Shown here one piece after another: positions 12,272-25,650 of a DNA stretch of 64,000 nucleotides. How positions within the stretch are numbered: position 1 is the stretch's first letter; each line of letters starts with the position of its first letter. Under the pieces are notes generated by a model. It ran no database searches. It saw nothing but the letters and a program-made list of their open reading frames with translations, and was not told the DNA's origin. The DNA is from Lytechinus pictus. Taxonomy: Eukaryota. Made by a program: the position numbers and the translations under genes. Location of the stretch: NCBI RefSeq assembly GCF_037042905.1, contig NW_026974140.1, positions 16,120,001 to 16,184,000 on the forward strand. Reading direction: 5' to 3'.

Positions 12272-15200
12272 TGATACACACTGTATTCCTCAGCTATTTA
12301 TGCTCACTCTCTAATATTTTGAGATACCCTGTACCTTGATTGGTATGTCCCAGCAGCTTTCTGTCACTCTTCAATCATTTTTGAGAGGCCCCATTCTTAA
12401 AACATCTTTTAAGCAGCCACCTAATTGTAACCAGTCACCTCAAAACCACCAAAGTGTTTTTTTTTTTGGGGGGGGGGTGTTAGGTAGCAAGTTTTGTAAG
12501 AGCAGATTGTCACAGAAGGAGAGTTAGCTCGTTGGATAGTTTTTTCTTACTGGTATGAAGAATATAATACCCAGTCCCAAATAATACCTTTTTTTTAGGT
12601 CATAGGGTGTAGAGTTTGCATTCTATTCAAGCACTCTTTTTATAAGTATTGTGCAAGGTAACAAAGCCAGGTGGATTAGAACTCAATGTAACTTCTATTA
12701 AGGGCTTGTTTGATTATCTTGGCACCCCAGTTAGCCATAGCCTGTTCATTATGATTTATTGATTTTAAAGTCTAGAACTTATTGCAGGTTTATTTTCTAA
12801 GAGGATTAAGTGAATAATATTTTTTTATGGGTGTAAGCAAAAATAACATTGGATTAAGAAGAAATACAGAACTGATTAACTCCGTCCACATTCATACCTT
12901 CAAAATATATTTTACAAAATATATACTGGTAGTCTGATCTCCATGATATAGAAGAAAAAAAAGACAATCTTCACCTTGTCAACTAAGAATACCTCTAATG
13001 AGCTGCAACTGATATCACAGTGTGACTTATTGGTGGTTTTGTGACGCCAGGTCACATTTTATGATACACCTTGTAATTAAATGATCACATGCTTATCTCT
13101 CTTGCTTTCTATGTTATTATGACATGACCTGTACCTTGATGAACAAACAATCCCAGTATTCAATCATTCCATCCGTTGTAGTGAATAGTTATTTTATTGG
13201 ATGTCTGATGTCACTTCAATCTATCTTCATAAGCTCATTAGATTTTAAGTGCAGTTATGAACCACACAGTTGTGTCTTATCAATCCGAGATCTGCAGTGC
13301 ATTTTGAATTGCAATTGAGTGGAAATGTGCAGTGGATTGCATTATTGACAGTATTCATTTGCAATGAACAATATTTGGTTGATAATCTGTAGTGAAATTT
13401 ATTATTAACTAGGCCGTACTGCAGAGATAAGAATACAAAATTGATAAATCCAGATGACTAATTGCTGTTATAATTCGTAGATTGAATCGCTGATTGATAA
13501 ATTGCAGTTAGAATTGTTTTTAAGTGGTGTATAGTATTAAGAATTGTATTTGGCAAAATTGGCAGACTGACTGAGGTAGAATTATTGATTCATGATTGAA
13601 ATGGAAAGTGTGAGGTGTAGTTACAGATTTGAAGATTTGTGAACATATCCAGTATAATTCTTGTTAACAGAGTTTTGACTTTCTGGATTAGGAATCGGAG
13701 ATATAGCTCTCTATTTATACTGATACATGGTTACTCTATTCAATAAATTGCAGTTAAAACATATATCTGCCAATATTTTTATGCTAGCAGGTGGCTGATT
13801 TCAAAACATTTCCTAAAGAAGTAAAATAAGTTGCTTTTTATTGAAAAAAGGAAGATGATATTTGATGATGTCTCCTTTTACTCACTGTTTGTTGAGAATT
13901 GCTGTTAAAATGTTTGGTAATTTTTTCCAATCCTATTGTAAGAATATGGACCAAATCTGTATTTGATATTGGCCTAAGTGGATCCCAATATCCCTCCCAC
14001 CTTTATAAGTTTAACTAAGATTGCTAATTTGGAAGTATTAACAACCAGCAGTATTCAGAAATTCAGGGGATGTTTTAAGTTGTAATTTTGATGATTTGGT
14101 GCAGTTATATTACGACTATCTTTTCAAGTATGAAACTGAAATTGATTTTTAAGAACATTCCATGGATGTTGAATATTGTGAAATTTTGTCATTTGATACA
14201 ATTATTTTACTGTATTTATGTAGAGTTATAGATGATAACTATATGCACCGTTATAGGGGAAGGGGTAGATATCCCCTAAAATCTCATGAAAGAATTACAG
14301 TGTACATGTATTGTATTTTTACAGCTTTAACTTTATATGTGAATATTCTGCCGAATATATTAATACTGAAATTAATTATTTTTTTTAACCCTATCCAAAA
14401 CTTCAGTCACTTCAGAATTTGAGGTTCATAAATCACTGTCTCTTATGTGCCCTATTACATTTGTATGACATTTTTTACTGGCACAATCCTTCAAAATATG
14501 ATTAATCAAATGATAAGCAGTTTGATTTAAGTTCCGGAAACAACAATACTAGTGACATTGGAATGTATCAAGATCTTGTATACACTGTGCAGATATTTGA
14601 ATGACATGTGAATATGTAGAAGTACACGTTTTTATTATTACCGGTAGTTTGTGAAGAAGAAAACTGCATAGACTGAATATTTAAAAAATTGAATAATAAA
14701 TAATAATTTGAGCAAATCTTTATAGAGATAGATGACAAGATATGTAAAATTGGAGCGAACCTGAACAAAAAATAAAAATGCTGCAAACCACACTTGCAAA
14801 TATTATATACACAATTATTTATGTTTAGATATTCATAGAATCTGTCAGAAATAAGCTCTAAACAAAGAGTGTATATGTTGTGAGTTATAAAGTTTGTTGT
14901 CTTATGCCTATTCAGAAGCGAAAGTACAGAGTAATCTTTTAACAGTAAATGATGTTTTATGATTATTTAAATAATTGGACAATAGTTTTATGTGTGCTTG
15001 ATGTGACATTAGTAAGTGTTATAGCTGGTCTGATGTGCAGATTGCAGTTAAGTAGAAATTGGCTGGCTTTCATGTGATTTGTTTTAAAGTATTTATCAAG
15101 AATCCTTGATAGCAATAATCCTGTCATCTTGAATATATGGAGTGATTAGAAATTATTCATGTGTGCACAATTTCTGTATTTAAATCTAATTGTGAATTCT

Positions 15201-16420
15201 ATTTCTGTAAAAAGTACTTGTGTATATCTACAATTTTGTAATTTATGTTTGTACGTCTTTTACGTCTAGTTCATTTATGTCAGGTCTAGTTTGCCAAATT
15301 CTTCTCTGATTTACCTTGAAAATTGTGAATCGATGTTGATTAATTTATTTTGATTATTTTAGACCTATTCTGCAATTAGCCAAATCAGGGTAGTTGAAGA
15401 AAATATCCAATAACTGTAATATTGTTTATAATGTGTAGTAAGTGAATATGGTCAATATGCTGTGCTTCTTTGGTGTTGTCTTTTAAAACTTCACCAAATT
15501 CTCTTAGAGAAAACAAAGTGCTATTTTGTTGTGTGCAGTGTTTTTGTGTAAGCATATAAATCTATACCAATACATATTTGAAAATATAATCAGAAGAATG
15601 TATTCATTATATGGTTATTGTTGTCTGGTACAATTACATTGGCTAAAAATTTCTACATTTCAGAATAATATTCAGGGATGATTCTTCTGCATATTTTAAA
15701 TGCTGTAAATTCTGTTCATAATTTCTTAATGAATATTTTCTATTCAAATGATGAAATATGATAAAACAAAAGCCCTTTTCAGAGAGTCAACTGTTTGACA
15801 TAAATAGTGATGCTCAAAAGTTAGTACAACCCACCAGAAAATGAACTTATTTAACATGTTCAAGTTCAGCAATGTTTTTGATATTTAATTGTGAAGTCAG
15901 GTGATAAAATATATTCAATGAAGTTCGTTTCTCTGGGGCTTGCTGAACATTGTAGTGTTGTTGTCTACATTCAACACTCAGCATGGAGGAGAGCACTTTG
16001 TGGTGGGGTTCACTAGCTTTTCAGCACAACTTTAAAAACAATATATATATACAATATCCCTGAAGGATTGTTAAGTCAAAATGTGAGAAAAATTTGCATG
16101 ACATACTACGAAGCACATAGACTTTGTATTCACACATCAATGATACCTAATTTTGAAGTATTCATCTTTGACATATTTGGGTTTATTTTTCTTTATTGAT
16201 TTATTCAATTTCATGTCATATGGTGTTACCATAAGTGACCTTGTTTCAATGTAGAAATATCAAAGTGCTGGATATATACTAAATATGTATTATATTACAA
16301 TCTATGCAGAAGAGTATTATTTTGCGTGTGCCTTCAAGATGTAGATATATAATAATCACTTTTTTTCTGTCTTTCTAAATTGTTGATGAAATAAACCTGT
16401 CCACTGACGTAATGAAGTAT
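12272..16420 (+). other. Probable long 3' UTR of SPATA18 with candidate polyadenylation signal
   Basis: Repeat-poor, T-rich, CpG-poor stretch. AATAAA at 16390-16395 is followed by a GT/T-rich tract (about 16417-16446), after which composition changes. Earlier AATAAA hexamers also exist. Confidence 0.4.
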
Positions 16421-16667
16421 GTTTGAATGAGTTTTTTTTTGTGTGATTTATTATATTCCAATGTGAGGAAGAATGCATGAATGTATTGAAACATCAGGCA
16501 TGAATATTTTCAGCTGATTTCACTTAAAAAATAATTAATTGTACAATTTTTTATATAGCATTTTGGGGGTTAACTCGGCCTAATCTAAATAAATTCGACC
16601 CCTTTTGTTTTCTTAGGACAATTTTCATGGCGGATAATATTTGGCATGAGTATAGTTTATATTCATT

Positions 16668-16980
16668 GGCCCGTATTCTGAAGTTGGGTTTAATTTTAAC
16701 TCTGGTTTTAAGTTGTGATTTAACTATGAATAGTCCATTGTGAGTTAATTCATCTCTAACGGCGCATGTTTATACGCTCATTTGGCCATCAAATAATGAA
16801 TAATTATCTGTAAATAATAGCTATTAAACAGTTGTCTTAATCATTAAAGCATGATGAAAGAGCACAGTAAACCTAAGAAAAATACAATGTAAACATTTTT
16901 TATTTTATTTCCGGTCTCCCATAGTTTTAGCCCAAAAGTAGACCATGGCGTAAATTAAATCGGACTTCAGAATACGGGCC
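16668..16980. mobile_element. PIF/Harbinger-like MITE
   Basis: TIR GGCCCGTATTCTGAAGT / ACTTCAGAATACGGGCC, flanked by ATT on both sides. Confidence 0.8.
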
Positions 16981-19245
16981 ATTACGATCAGAACATTCCA
17001 TATGTGTCAAGAGAGCGACGCGCGTTATATTTTTTTCAACTATGACATCACAATGGACATGCGCATAAACGACTACTGAGTATTAATTAGTTTTTCTGGA
17101 TTCTGACATTTCCTGGAACCCCAAACTATTTGATATCTTTTAATAATTTGTAATTCTTCCGACTGGGGGGGGGGGGTGTCATCCTTTCAATTCCGGTAAT
17201 TCAAAAAGTTATTATCGACACTACTGTATTGATCTTGACGTGACATGTTGACATATTAATATCCACATCAAATTCAGAAGGCCGGCCCGCATCCAGGAAC
17301 CCCATGCACTACATCATTATTACAACAACACAAGCAACAATACAAAAAGCAAAGAAACAAAAGAAACTTGAAAACGAGCAAGAAAACTACGTGAAATTTA
17401 CAAAATGGCCTGAAATTATATCATACCAACCAATGTTCCTGAACTAAAGGAGGAAAAATAATGAGCATCGCGGGTAAAACTGGACACACTTTGGCGTTTA
17501 TGCCAACATTCATCATAAAAAGTTTGGGGAAATCTCAATAATGCCGAAGGGGAAGAGGAAATCCAAAAAGCGGGGTAAGAGAATCAAAATTGTATGAATC
17601 ATTTTTCCCGTTATTATTTTTTTGAGGTGTGAAATGAGAATAGTATATCTTTTAAAATTGTTACTGCATAATAATATTGAAGATGAGTCGAAATGCTTGG
17701 CAAATGGTAACTTTAGTCGCGACTTCTGCTACAATTTTAAAGAGTAATAAAAAAGAGAAGGATTTTGGCTTAACTCTAGGTATGATTATTATCGTCATCA
17801 TCATCATTACTACATGTATCCTTATCGCTTCCAACAACTTCAGCATCATTATTTTATTAGACCGTATTATCATTATCGCCATGACGATGATGTTAATTCT
17901 AAAATGTAGAAATGCAACTGACAACATGAATATTTAAGTCTATCTGAAAATAGTTCTAAGAAATAATGAAAGAACAGTGGTATTATGTTAATACGGCTGA
18001 AATGGGCAATCCTCCATATTTTATTTGACGATTTTTCTTTTTTAATTTGATCATGTATATATTTTGTTTTATAGGGAAATAAATACAAACAAACAATAAA
18101 TGAATAATCTAAAGAGCAAAAGAGAGTCAGCATATAATGCATCTTGACATTTAGATTTGAATAATGGCCAATACGCATTTTTTTCTCAAAAACAATGACC
18201 AGGAACCAAACAAATTTGTTCATTCATTCTTTCTTATCCGTCGTACACCTTGTGTCGATTATTGACATTTCTTTGATATCTATATATTAGTTATGTAATA
18301 CGTGTACAAGGAAAAAGAATTCAAGGGCGAAGGCGGGGGTGCAATGGGTGCACTGTGCACCCTCCCGCTGAGGCAGAGGAGTTCCGACACTAGCAAGCAA
18401 GACGAAATTTGTACCCCTTCTTCTGCTTTCAACAGCTGATTTTCCCAATTTTAGTTCCACCTCTCCAAGATAATGTGCACCGCCATACCACTTTAGTTCC
18501 ACCTCCCAGGCTCAAACCAGCCTACCTCATTGAAGATCATCCATTAAAATAGTAATAATTGAACCACGATCGAGTATATAATTGCATTTTGATAGTTTGA
18601 ATACAATTCCCTTCACTCGATGTCAACAATATCCTTTTATCCCTATGCGTTCAATGGCACTATAGATAAGAGTGCTCGACTAGTATTTTCTTTGTAATGA
18701 TACTGTATAAAAAATAAAGATCAAAGCCTTATCTGAGACTATATATGCATGTTGAATTCCCTACGAGAGAGAGAGAGAGAGGGGGGGGGGGGAGGGTAGA
18801 TAGAAGAGGGAGAGAGACAGAGAGGGGGGAGTACATTAAAAAAAAACGATTTTCTCAAATTTGAATAAACATGTATCAGCTGGCACTCATAGAAATCGGA
18901 CAAAAGACACGAACAGATTGATGAAGGGAAAAATTGTATTTCAATAAAGATAATCTATTCATTTTGACAGGAATGATTTCCATAATAATTTCGGTGGTGC
19001 CCCTTTCAAAACAGTACGCCATTAATGTGGTGCAGTATGACTGAAAATCCCTAACAGGAGAATAAACGAATATGCTTCAAACTTAAAAGGTATCGTAATT
19101 CCTAATTAGTATTAATTTTGAATCCCTTTCGAGTACTGTATATGGAAGTTGCTTCGTCTGTGCAGGGATGTGGCAACCCTATGTTAACCTTGGACGACGG
19201 AGGACGTCGAGCATCGTTGAACAATCATGTGCCCTTGAGAAATTG

Positions 19246-19259
19246 GTTACCATGGAAAC
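19246..19259. promoter_or_regulatory. RFX X-box motif
   Basis: GTTACCATGGAAAC fits the GTTNCCATGGNAAC consensus and is followed by forkhead-like AAACAAA repeats; function unproven. Confidence 0.45.
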
Positions 19260-20862
19260 AAAAACAAACTCAATAAAGACAAAATAAAAACTGATTAAAA
19301 TCGGGGTCGACAGATTATTTTATTTTAAAGAAGAACATAAAGATTCACCCATTTTTATTTATTATTATTATTTTTTTTTACTAAAGAAGGGTGAACATAA
19401 TCGGGGGCCGGGGGGGGGGGGGGTAGTCACATAGTGATAGACGGACATGTTCCGGGGACATATTCCCCGCTAACCTAATAAAGTGGTAATCGTAATAATA
19501 GGTGGGTTTTTCAAGCACAAAACACAAACACAAAATGACTTATTAAATCCGATGATCGGGGAAATAATAAATCTGTAAGCACTGAAATATGGACAATATC
19601 TTTAGCACAATGTAAAGAAGCGGTTTATTATATTGATCATATTAGATAAAATTGACTAACGAACTATGTTTCCACCAATTCCTTTACACAAATTGTTCTG
19701 GATTTGTACATTTTAGCAGCAATGTCCCATTCCGAAATGAAGAAAACATCACTTTAGAAATGTGTGGGTCCTTATTTTAATTGTTGTGAATATAATTATG
19801 AAAATTAATTAATGCTATAGTATCAGTGAATAAATTAATGATACAATTTGTAGTTTATATCAATATTTTATTCATTGTCATTTTATCATTAAATGTCTAA
19901 ATATTTGTGTATTTATGTTAATAAGTATATTGCCTAAATATTGACTCAAATCAAGATTTTATTTACAACTACGATATCGATGTTATTTATTGTAATCGTG
20001 AATAAGTTTTCATCAGGTCATTGATGAAAAACAGCTTTTGCTGATCTTTTGTAGCTGAATATATATGTCAAATTCGTCCGTTACATTATCATATATATAT
20101 TTTATTTTACATATTTTGGGCGAGTGCAGGTGGCTCTTCTTGCTGTTCTCTCGTTTTCTTCCCCCCTTTTTTTTGGGGGGGGGGGTAGTCCCGGGGGGTA
20201 GTATATGTTTGATGGACAATGATAAATACGATACTACACTGTACTCATGACGAACGCGCTCTCTCAGTCAGATAGTCGCGTGTTCGTGATGATGATTTAA
20301 TGATTGATCAGAAGCAATACGATAGAGGTCAATCCATGCCATCACACTGACTCATCTCATCCAGGCTCTAATTGGTCAATTTGTAATCCCATAGATGCGA
20401 TAGTGCATTTGCAGCACGAATGTTGAACTCTGACAGATATAGGAATGCAATAAGGGTGCGCAAAAGACCCCCCCCCCCCCATAAAATTACCATCTTTAGA
20501 AAATAATCGAATATGATTTTTCCCTTTATATTCCCACCTCTGCTAATTCCGATATACAGATAATCATAGAAACAGTTACGTAGTGAACATTAGGAAGGGT
20601 CAGAAAATGGAGCATGGGGATAAATTTTTGGATAGTCTTGAACGAGCCAAAAGAAATCGACTTTTTGAAAAATTAAAATCTAATTATGTGATAGATTAGT
20701 ATGATATCTTCATTATGATTTCATGAAATTACGCTTTTTTTATTTCGGTCATGGAAATTTAGGGAACGAAGCCCCCCCCCCCCCCCGTCATGTCATAATT
20801 ATCTCTTTAAAAAAAAATCTTTAAAATATAGAGAACGGGATGAAAAACGTATTCAGAAGAAG

Positions 20863-21001
20863 NNNNNNNNNNNNNNNNNNNNNNNNNNNNNNNNNNNNNN
20901 NNNNNNNNNNNNNNNNNNNNNNNNNNNNNNNNNNNNNNNNNNNNNNNNNNNNNNNNNNNNNNNNNNNNNNNNNNNNNNNNNNNNNNNNNNNNNNNNNNNN
21001 N
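20863..21001. other. Assembly gap
   Basis: Run of N. Confidence 1.
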
Positions 21002-21473
21002 CCAAGTTGAGAAGCACTGTGTCTATAATTATGCTTATAGCAATGCACGAACCTACCCTCTAGAGTCTTTCGATTCGTAGAATGAGGAAGGGCCAAAGGA
21101 TATATGAACTGATATTAGACATGATTCCGGATGGAATTATTGATCATCATAGAACTTTGACCTGAGCTAAAATTAGCTCCTGGAAACGGAATCATCTCTC
21201 AGAATAACTTGTTAATCAGAGAAGGAGATAAGTATTTGAAATGTGTCTGTAGTCAGGATATTATCCTCGTCATGGTTGTTCATAGAATAAAGTTCAATTT
21301 CAAGTTAGATTTATTAAAAAACCAGACATATAAGTACAACTAAATGAACAGATAATACAAAAAGATAAATAAAATATATGAAAGGTTTTCGAGGACCACT
21401 AAAAAACAGAGCTTGTGAGTGGGGCCCTACAATAAAGGAGATGTAAACAATGAAGGAACATACTGTACATTAA

Positions 21474-22330
21474 CAGTTGCGTAACTACGGGGGGGCATGG
21501 GGGGCACGTCCCCCCCATCTGCTGGCAAAAAAAAAACGAAAGAAAAGGGAAAAAGAAAAGGGAAAAGTAAAAAGAAACGTAGTGGGAGAAGAAGAAATTA
21601 TTGGATATTGTATTATATCATTTAGATATATTATACCATATCACACCAGATTTGTTCATAACTTTATGAAACATTATTGCTTAGGGCCTATGTGTTCATC
21701 TTTCCTGGAGTTCGCATTGTCTATTCAATCAATCCTGTTGTACTACAAAACATCCCGTTTTCACGTCAATATATATCAAATATATATCCTCGCACTTCGA
21801 TTATTATTGATTTTTGTCGTGACATATGCTTTTTTTCATGACTACTAAAAGTGATTGCCCCTTTTAAGGTCTGAATATAAAACATTTCCAGTCCGTTTAC
21901 GTTCGCATTAGCCCATTGGTGATATTTGTCTACTCTTTATGAATTCCTAAAAATAGTCATTAAATGCCCCTTTTTCTGGTCTGAATATCAAGAAATTTAG
22001 CTTGCGCTTCGCGCTCGCATCGTTTGGTTAATGAAATACGTATGGTATTAATGAATTCTTAAAAACATGCCTTAGAATGCCCCTCTTCAAGTCTGAATTT
22101 CAAAAATTTTCAGCTCACGCTTCGCGCTCGCAATGTTTGAGATGCATACCACGTTCATGATTACAATGACTACAATAAGTGCTTCATGTGTTTCGTTTTA
22201 TTTCTAACAAAATCAGCACTATGGTGAAATTATGGGATAAGTATGCTCCTAAAATAAATAGTCCTTAAAATAACCCTGTTTGGGGTCATTAATATTTCAG
22301 CTCGCGCTTCGCGCTCGAATTATGAGATAC
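21474..22330 (+). repeat. Interspersed non-autonomous DNA element with repeated CGCTTCGCGCTCG motif
   Basis: CAGTTGCGTAACTACGGGGGG-type terminus; degenerate ~110-bp repeats carrying CGCTTCGCGCTCG near 22006, 22118 and 22306; related inverted fragment near 35047. Confidence 0.55.
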
Positions 22331-25300
22331 ATATCCGGATAATGGCACCGACATTATCCTCATCATGTCAACTGAGAAATTGCATAAAAATATGTATGAG
22401 AGGAATGAATTCGTAAAAAAAAGTTCCAGCATTGGTATACGGAAAAAGAAGAAACTCAAGAACTTTGAGAGTTTCCTTAATCACCCCCCTCCAAAAAAAA
22501 GCTTTCAATTGAATAACAGGATATCGATATTTCAGAATGATCTTGCTCATGAGCACATCAAAGTATAATAAGTAAATGATATACGCTGGACTTTGTATCA
22601 TTTCACAGCCCACCTTTATACCCACTTTTGGTGAAATTGGAAGCACATTCAACACTTACCATATAATTATGTATGCATATTCAAGCAATAATGAGACGAA
22701 AGCTAACAGATAGCGAGCAAATACAACCACATAGGCAGATGACATCAAATATGAATAACTAAATAAAGATGAAGATGGAACGTTTGCAGACAATATTGAT
22801 CGTAGTATATTCCTCATGACATGCAGCGCAGGGACTCTCCCTCATTATGTCGTCACAGCCATACCAATGAGACAGACTCCAAACAAACTAGATGTATATA
22901 TTAACATAAAAGCTCTGGTCGAAATAGAGTCGGTTTCCATCGGTGTTTATCTATGCGCAACTAGATCATGGGATGAGCTGATTTTGCAATGAAAAAAGTT
23001 CATAAGATTATTAAAAAAAAGAGCTCCCAAATGGCAGAATGTGGGGCAAAAGAACTCCTCAAATTTCCAAAATGTTGCCTCATTATCAAATAATTTTCCT
23101 TTCTTATTTTGATGACAATCTATCACATCGGGGGGGGGGGGGGATGGGTGATTGGGGGTGAACTTTTCTATTCATCCTCTTTCATGCACCAGTACAAGGA
23201 AGTATAAAGCAATGTAACCTCCACCCAATAACAAACATTGAAATAAAAACACTCTTTAATAGTCACTTTCATGTGATGTCAATCCCTATACATTCTCAAC
23301 ATGAATCCACCCACTATACAAACGAGGAAGATATCTTCTCGTACTTGGCCAAAATAAATTTTGATGTAAGGTTACAAATACAAATCAAAGAAAGAATGGT
23401 GGCAGTCATTCTTATATCAACTTTAAGTCGGTACTTTCTTCCTTGTTAGAGAGCAATGATCTTAGAATTTCGTGCTGTTACGAGGAGGAAATTAGAATGA
23501 GGAGGAGGAAAATATATCGTGACTGAAGCCATGATTGTCAAAAAAAAAATCATGGCCGCACCCACTCCTCAACGTTAGTTCAGGTAACACACAGCTAATT
23601 ATTTCTTCATAGGTATTTGCCATTCTCCATTAAATGAGGTCTGATAAAATCATTAAAAATAAGTGTTCATAATAAATAATATAGCGCTTATTACAGTAGT
23701 TTCTAATAATGGCACAATTCATAACCGAGAAAAAAAATGCTGAAAAACTCATCTTTATATTTTCCGGATGATATTGGATGATAAGCCATTATTGACACTT
23801 TTTTTTTTTCAAATGGATTTTCACATCTCATGTTAAACCATGGACCAAGTTGTAGGTCCATTGTTTAACACAACTTGGAGATATGAGAGGCGTGTGATAA
23901 AGCCATATGTTATGGTGACATCCATTATCTTTTCATTAATTTTCAACCAGCGTTTCGCTTTGTTTAATATCACCATGGTTAGGCCTATATATTTCAACCC
24001 CCGGTTTTAACCTCTTCTTCAAAATAGTATACCACCAGTTATAGTGGATAATAGCCCCACTTTCACCCAACCATGCATCCAAGTATAATAGCATACATCT
24101 ACATAGCAGGAATTTTCACCTACAAATGACAAAAGTATAGAAACAGCAACATAAGTAAAATATTATAGAACAGTAATGTAGCATAATGGAAGACGTACTA
24201 TTGACATCGTCGAGTATATTATAGGCCTAAGCATTACGATCCAGAAAACAATTACAGCAACCATTTCCTTTCAACGATTTTTTATTCAACAGTCGTTCAA
24301 AAAGAATGCAGCAGTATCTTTAGCATACTTTTAACTTAATTCCCTGCATGCTGATTCTTAACATAGCTCTTGTTTGAAGCACTTAAATCAAGATCCTAGC
24401 TTGGTTTCTAATTCATGTTTACCAATAATACTAACGAACCACTTGTTACTCGAATCTCTGGCCAACATTATAGTTTTGAAGAAAAAAGCGGATAAGATAC
24501 GCATGAATAGTAATTTTTGAATGGGTGTATAGATTAGGCATAGGCCTACTTTAATGACGAGGATTAATTAAAGTGGTGTATCCCCTTATCGCACCCGTCG
24601 CTGGTAGGCTATCAATTTGTATAGATCTTGACGCATCAGTGTAAACTTGAGTCTGGGATCATCCGCAAGGGATGATTGTCAGCTGATACATTCTATTCGC
24701 GCGCGTAAATGCCCCGTCACAAATAAACAGTTTCCACAAACGTCTGTCTGCTTCAGCTTTGTGGATGTGCTGTTGAATGTAATGGTAACACGTTTCATAA
24801 GGAAAGAAGACCCGACTGTGATCCCGCCTCTCACCAAGCACCACTAAAGATCTTCTTCTTTAGGCAATCGTTCGTCTTTGATAACAAAGTGATGATTGCC
24901 AATTTAATGGTGATCGATACCAAGGTTTGTCTCAGATTTTATTCCGCATCACTCCCCGCGGCCGCTTGAAAGCCGAACATTTTCTTCCGAGGTTTGCGCC
25001 GTTCTGAAATCAGCTGCACTCGTTTCCTTGTGCGAATAAAACGCATCTTCTTATTATCTTTCCTCAAAGCTCAACATCGGCTGATATTTGTCTCTCGCTT
25101 TGGCCATAATTGTTTTCTGATATTGATTCAAATTCAAGACCATGGGAGAAACATGCAACTTAGAAATGTTTTCCCAATTTTCTGAAGGCTACAAAAGGAG
25201 GAAGAGGACTGGAATATTTTGATAACGCACCATTTCCCAAAAGTGCAACTACTATCGCATCAGTGATTATTGTGGTTTCCTTCATGAACTACACCAAAAA

Positions 25301-25622
25301 TAAGCAGATGATTACCCTATTTAACGGATACTCTGCTATTTTGTTTCATTGCCGTGGTTGTTGAAAATATCCATGTTAATGATTATCTAAGATTTTCCAG
25401 TGAACAGTACAGCTGCGTTGATAGTTAGTGGATAATGTACAGAGGACTCATTCGTCATATCACCCGTGACTTCCGTACCTATCCCTATTTATCCGGGCGA
25501 GCTCTGGGGACCAGCGTCTGTTTAAATTCATTTCAGGCTGTCTAATAAAAAAGCTTGAGTGGAAATATTTTCCAGGATTAAAATCAATAATGTGACTTAT
25601 CAATTTGAACTATCTCGCGATA

Positions 25623-25650
25623 ATGGAAGCTGAAACAGAACGAAGAGAAG
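25623..25650 (+). CDS. ADCY10: ADCY10-like exon 1 (MEAETERRE)
   Basis: ataATGg Kozak context and strong AAG|gtaaga donor. Phase 1 fits the exon at 40364 and gives an N-terminus of normal sAC length. Implies a 14.7 kb intron; the link is inferred. Confidence 0.6.
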
